This document shows positions 59,882-64,000 of a stretch of 64,000 nucleotides of DNA, piece by piece; the first letter of the stretch is position 1; each line of letters begins with the position of its first letter. The notes under the pieces were generated by a model. It was not told the origin of the DNA. It searched no databases and worked only from the letters and a program-made list of their open reading frames with translations. Origin of the DNA: Acidimicrobiia bacterium (lineage in GTDB: Bacteria; Actinomycetota; Acidimicrobiia; Spongiisociales; Spongiisociaceae); the NCBI GenBank assembly GCA_022827785.1, contig JAJEIM010000031.1:32549-96548 (forward strand). The letters are read 5' to 3'. Made by a program: the position numbers and the translations under genes.

Positions 59882-61291
59882 TCAACCGCCGAGCAGATCG
59901 CTCAACCACTGGGCCGGGTGCGGCGACAGGCCGGGCACTGGCCGAACCTCGGTGCCGAGGGCGGCGAGCGCCTCGGCGGTGTCCGAGGCCGATCGGGCCA
60001 TCTCTGCGGGGTTGTGCCCATCCCTCGGGTAGAGGGCGTCGACGATCTCGAAGGTCGCCCGGTTCACCCTGGTCGGGGTGTGCGAGATCGAGGTCACCGA
60101 CCAGCGGCCGGTGGCCGGGTCCTCCGTGACGGTCAGCCGGAGGATCACGCCGTCCTGGGTTCCGGGTTTGCGGGCCCCCCACTGGGGGGATTGGTTGGAG
60201 AGGAAGTTGCCCAGCCCGTAGGCGACGTATTCACCACCGATCCGGTCCACGGGCTGTACCACGTGGGCATGGTGGCCGATGATCAGGTCCACGTCGGGGG
60301 AGGACAGCAGGCGGGGTCCGAGATCGGTCTGGTAGCGGTCGGGCATGCGGCGGAACTCGGTTCCCCAGTGCAGGGATAGGAGGATGAAGTCGGCTCCGGC
60401 GGCCCGCGCCCGTCCGGCCTCCGCCAGGATGGTCTCCTCGTCGATGATATTGGCCAGGTAGGTGTCTTCGGCGCGGAGCGCCCCGGTGTTCAGCCCGTAG
60501 GTGTAGGAGAGGTGGGCCACGGTCGCCCCGTTCACCTCCAGCAGGTTGAGCGTGGCGCGCTGTTCCGGGGATCGGGCCATGCCGGTGTGGGCGACTCCGG
60601 CCCGATCGAGCGCCTCGACGGTCCCGGTCACCCCTCTCATTCCGGAGTCGAGGGAGTGGTTGGAGGCCAGCGAGCATGTGTCGTATCCCGCGTAGGCGAT
60701 GGCGTCGGCCAGCTGGTTCGGCACGCTGAAGAGAGGAAAGGTGGATAGGTCCTGGTTGTCCAGGGACATCGGTGTCTCGACATGACACACGGCAAGATCG
60801 GCCGCCCGCAGGATCGGCGCCACACTGGAGAACATCGGCGTGAAGTCCCACCCGTCGGGGGTGCGCGCCCGGCGGACTATCGGGCTGTGGATCAGAAGAT
60901 CCCCGGTGGCGGCGATAGTGAACGAGCGGGGCTTGTGGACCACTGGCGCGGTGGCTGGCAGCAATGTCGGATCGGCCTCCGCGGGCGCGGCGGGGCCGGG
61001 GGGCGCCAGGTACGGCTCGGGCGGTGGCGGGGGATTTGCTCCCGCACCCGGCCCCGTGACCATCACAGCCAGAGCAAGGATGCCGGCCAGAACCGTGCCT
61101 GCCGGCCGCCGGTCCCCGGCGGGGCGAGGACCGCGGTCCTCTGCAAGGATTCGCATCGCCCTCAAGGACAGCATGGCCGCCCGGGGGCTTGGAGACCACC
61201 GCCGGCTCCAAGATCCTGGCCGGTTATGACCCTCCTCTCGAGGCCACCGCGATCGCCCGCCTCTGTGACGCGTGGCGCTGGTCACCGGCAA
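59882..61291 (-). CDS. CapA family protein (poly-gamma-glutamate capsule biosynthesis / metallophosphatase-like)
   Basis: FTIAATGDLLIHSPI...ADLAVCHVETP...SLASNHSLDSG...IIGHHAHVVQP...GLGNFLS match the PGA_cap motifs. It has an N-terminal signal/TM segment. Confidence 0.75.
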   Translation of the reverse strand: MPVTSATRHRGGRSRWPREEGHNRPGSWSRRWSPSPRAAMLSLRAMRILAEDRGPRPAGDRRPAGTVLAGILALAVMVTGPGAGANPPPPPEPYLAPPGPAAPAEADPTLLPATAPVVHKPRSFTIAATGDLLIHSPIVRRARTPDGWDFTPMFSSVAPILRAADLAVCHVETPMSLDNQDLSTFPLFSVPNQLADAIAYAGYDTCSLASNHSLDSGMRGVTGTVEALDRAGVAHTGMARSPEQRATLNLLEVNGATVAHLSYTYGLNTGALRAEDTYLANIIDEETILAEAGRARAAGADFILLSLHWGTEFRRMPDRYQTDLGPRLLSSPDVDLIIGHHAHVVQPVDRIGGEYVAYGLGNFLSNQSPQWGARKPGTQDGVILRLTVTEDPATGRWSVTSISHTPTRVNRATFEIVDALYPRDGHNPAEMARSASDTAEALAALGTEVRPVPGLSPHPAQWLSDLLGG

Positions 61292-61524
61292 GCCGACCTG
61301 GATGAGTTAGCCATGGCATCGTCGGCCGATACGTCGGCACACGGGCCTGCCCGCAACCCTTCCATCGTTCCCGATCCTGCGTCCGCTCCCCGCAATCGCT
61401 GGAGGATCAGCCGCAACCGAACCACGAAGCGAAAAGTCTGGCCATCCAGGCGAGGGTAGTTCGATTAGAAGTCACGATTAAGGGCGGAGTGAGGTACAGC
61501 CCCGGACGGCTACCCTCGCAGGTC

Positions 61525-63444
61525 ATGGAGCCTTCCGATCTCGCCCGCATCACCTCGGTATCCGATCCACAGATCCACCCGGACGGCCGGCGTGTTGCCT
61601 TCGTGGTGACCACCATCGACCTCGAGAAGGACCGGTACAGGTCGGCCATATGGCTCTGGGACGATGAGGCGCGCCAGTTCACCTTTGGGTCCAATGACTC
61701 GTCTCCGCGGTGGTCGCCCGACGGCGGGACCCTCGCCTTCGTGAGGAAAGGCAAGGAACGGAAGGACCCTACCCAGTTGGCGGTCATGCCCTCCGACGGC
61801 GGGGAAGCACGCGTGATCACCGACTTCGAACTCGGCGCCGGCCCGCCGGCATGGTCGCCCGACGGCAACTCCATACTCGTCCCGGGAACCCAGTGGTACG
61901 GGGAGTGGGCCGGCTTGGACGAGGACGAACGGTCAAGGAGGCCCCGGAAGGTCACCGGTTTCGACGTTCGGCTGGACGACGAGGGATGGCTCCACGACCG
62001 CCGAACCTACGCCTACCTGGTCGATCCTCGCGGCGACACCCCTCCCCGCCGGGTGGGGTCCTCCGACGAGCACGAGTCCGGCCCGGCTTGGTCCCCGGAC
62101 GGAACCAAGGTGGCCATGGTCACCAGCCGCGACAACCCGCGGTCTCTGGAGAACGGTTCCGAGGTGGTCGAAGTGGAGGTGGATGGCGGCGCGGAGACGG
62201 TGCGGGCCCGGCGGTCCGGATACTTCTCGGTCGACTACGACCCGTCAGGCAACCTGTACGTCATAGGCGACCCCACGCCTGACTATCCCTATCTCTGTTC
62301 CCTGTGGAGGCTCGACGAACCTCCTACCGATATCACCGGACACCTGGACCGGAGTTTCAACGACCTGCTCACGTCCGGCGCCTTGGAGAAACCGATCTGG
62401 CTGGAGGACGGCTTCCTGGCCGGGTTGACGGACCGCGGCCGGGCCTCGGTGGTCGCCTTCGGCCCGGACGGCGAGGCGCGGACGGTGCTGGGCGGCGACC
62501 GATACATCACCGGGCTCTCGAGGGCGGCATCCGGAAGGCTGGCCTTCACAGCTACCGATCCCACCTGTCCGGGCGAGCTCTATGAACTGACCCCCGACGG
62601 GGAGGAACGGCGCCTGACCGACTTCAACCGGGAGATACGTTCCTCAGGTGGACTGGTCGGTCCGGACACCTTCGCGGTCGAGAGCGCTCCGGGCGTCGAG
62701 GTGGATGCGTGGCTCTACATGCCCGAGGGCGACGGTCCGTTCCCCGTGCTGCTCAACATCCACGGAGGCCCGGCTTCGGAGTACGGGTTCTACTTCTTCG
62801 ACGAGTTCCAGGTCTATGTCTCGGCCGGCTACGCGGTGGTGGCCAGCAACCCGCGCGGTTCGGAGGGACGCGGCCACGAGTGGCTCAGAGCCGTCACCGG
62901 AGACGGCTGGGGCAGGGTGGATGTGGAGGACATCACCGCGGTGGTCGACGAAGCCCTGCGCCGTGACACGCGCCTCGATCCCGCCCGCGTCGGGATCATG
63001 GGGGGTTCCTATGGGGGTTTCCTGACGGCATGGACCATCGCCCGCGACCGGCGGTACCGCTCGGCGGTAGTCGAGCGGGCCCTGATCGACTGGGAATCGT
63101 TCGGCGGCACATCCGACATCAATCGTGACTTCGCAGGCCTGTACCTGGACCCCGCCACCGCCGCGGACCACGAAGCGCTTTGGTCGGCCAGCCCGCTCGC
63201 CTCCGCCGGCCGGATCACCACGCCGACCCTCATCATCCACTCGGAGAACGACCTCCGCTGCCCGATCGGCCAAGCCGAGCAGCTGTTCACAGCGCTCCTT
63301 CGCAAGGGGGTCGACGTGGAGATGGTCCGCTTTCCCGACGAGGGACACGAGTTGAGCCGCAGCGGGGCGCCCCGCCACCGGGTGGAGCGCTTCGAGCACA
63401 TCCTCGCCTGGCACCGCCGGTACCTCGGCCCAAGTCCTCGCTAG
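61525..63444 (+). CDS. S9 family serine peptidase (acylaminoacyl-peptidase/prolyl oligopeptidase-like) with N-terminal beta-propeller
   Basis: TolB-like WD/propeller repeats (WSPDG x3), a catalytic GGSYGGFLTAW (GxSxGG), and ...D...H. The start is taken at the Met at 61525 (MEPSDLARITS). Confidence 0.8.
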   Translation: MEPSDLARITSVSDPQIHPDGRRVAFVVTTIDLEKDRYRSAIWLWDDEARQFTFGSNDSSPRWSPDGGTLAFVRKGKERKDPTQLAVMPSDGGEARVITDFELGAGPPAWSPDGNSILVPGTQWYGEWAGLDEDERSRRPRKVTGFDVRLDDEGWLHDRRTYAYLVDPRGDTPPRRVGSSDEHESGPAWSPDGTKVAMVTSRDNPRSLENGSEVVEVEVDGGAETVRARRSGYFSVDYDPSGNLYVIGDPTPDYPYLCSLWRLDEPPTDITGHLDRSFNDLLTSGALEKPIWLEDGFLAGLTDRGRASVVAFGPDGEARTVLGGDRYITGLSRAASGRLAFTATDPTCPGELYELTPDGEERRLTDFNREIRSSGGLVGPDTFAVESAPGVEVDAWLYMPEGDGPFPVLLNIHGGPASEYGFYFFDEFQVYVSAGYAVVASNPRGSEGRGHEWLRAVTGDGWGRVDVEDITAVVDEALRRDTRLDPARVGIMGGSYGGFLTAWTIARDRRYRSAVVERALIDWESFGGTSDINRDFAGLYLDPATAADHEALWSASPLASAGRITTPTLIIHSENDLRCPIGQAEQLFTALLRKGVDVEMVRFPDEGHELSRSGAPRHRVERFEHILAWHRRYLGPSPR

Positions 63445-63709
63445 AGATCACTACCTGAACGGCGGATCGACGCTCGTGGATGAGGGTCTGCCCATTCATA
63501 AGAGCGAAGTACCGTGTTGCTCAAGACGTTTCCCAATACCTGGCTCATGCGAAGCCGGTCCATGTCCGATGCGAAGGGGGACCCGGCCGGGCGCCTGTGT
63601 TGCGCGACCTCCGGTCCCCTCGAGTTGTCAGAGACCGTTAGTCATGGCGATGGGAGTATCCCCGGGGTCGAGCATCATATGATCCGGCGGCACCGACTAC
63701 GGAGGCGGT

Positions 63710-64000
63710 GTGACCGGTAACAAAGCTGATCCCCAGGAGTTCGGTGGCCTGTCCCGTACACAGTTCGGGTTGATGATCACAGTGATCGGCGTCCTGGTAC
63801 TGAGCTTCGAAGGCGTTCTGATCCGGTGGATCGAAGTCGATTCGTGGACGCTGCTGTTCCTGCGGGGAGTTCTCGCGGCCCCCGGGCTGTTCCTGTTCTT
63901 CCTGGTGGTGGAGAGGCGCGGGTGGCGGTATCAGATACGGTCGATGGGTCTGGCGGGTCTCCTCGCAGCAGTGCTGTTCGCGATCGACAACGTCGGCTTC
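63710..64000 (+). CDS. DMT/EamA family transporter, 3' end cut by the window edge
   Basis: The GTG at 63710 is preceded by ggagg. The hydrophobic N-terminus LMITVIGVLVLSFEGVLIRW...FLFFLVV fits EamA. Confidence 0.55.
   Translation, partial: MTGNKADPQEFGGLSRTQFGLMITVIGVLVLSFEGVLIRWIEVDSWTLLFLRGVLAAPGLFLFFLVVERRGWRYQIRSMGLAGLLAAVLFAIDNVGF

Overview
This is a 64 kb, roughly 68-70% GC window dense with co-directional genes that overlap by 4 bp (ATGA/GTGA). It looks like an actinobacterial core-chromosome segment: pepR-dapB, then dapA-rnj-ftsK, follow the same order as in mycobacteria and relatives. Most genes can be assigned to families from motifs: Rex, ArgJ, DapA/DapB, RNase J, FtsK, KatG, Lhr helicase, Ppx/GppA, LOG, a rhomboid, M16, S41 and S9 peptidases, 2-oxoacid dehydrogenase E1alpha/E1beta/E2, DhaK/DhaL, arylsulfatase, and a Rieske oxygenase. 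No transposase, integrase, CRISPR array, rRNA or tRNA was recognised. Three things stand out:

- **Candidate selenoprotein.** A TlpA/ResA-like thioredoxin-fold domain, fused behind three SLH-like repeats, has an in-frame TGA exactly where the first Cys of the CxxC motif should be (W-[TGA]-P-T-C). A hairpin lies 3 nt downstream and the reading frame stays intact for 100 more codons.
- **Dispersed repeat family.** A previously unnoticed, highly conserved ~230-280 nt element occurs four times (3.1 kb, 12.8 kb, 47.6 kb, 57.8 kb) in both orientations and always intergenic. One copy sits between a thiolase and its usual DUF35 partner. It could be a structured-RNA paralog family or a MITE-like element.
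- **Poorly understood conserved operons.** These are a circularly permuted ATP-grasp / alpha-E / transglutaminase triad, and a CobS-like AAA+ ATPase with a CobT-like VWA protein (carrying an HExxH motif) followed by Ppx/GppA.

Coordinates come from the supplied ORF track plus codon arithmetic; start codons are often uncertain in this GC-rich DNA.
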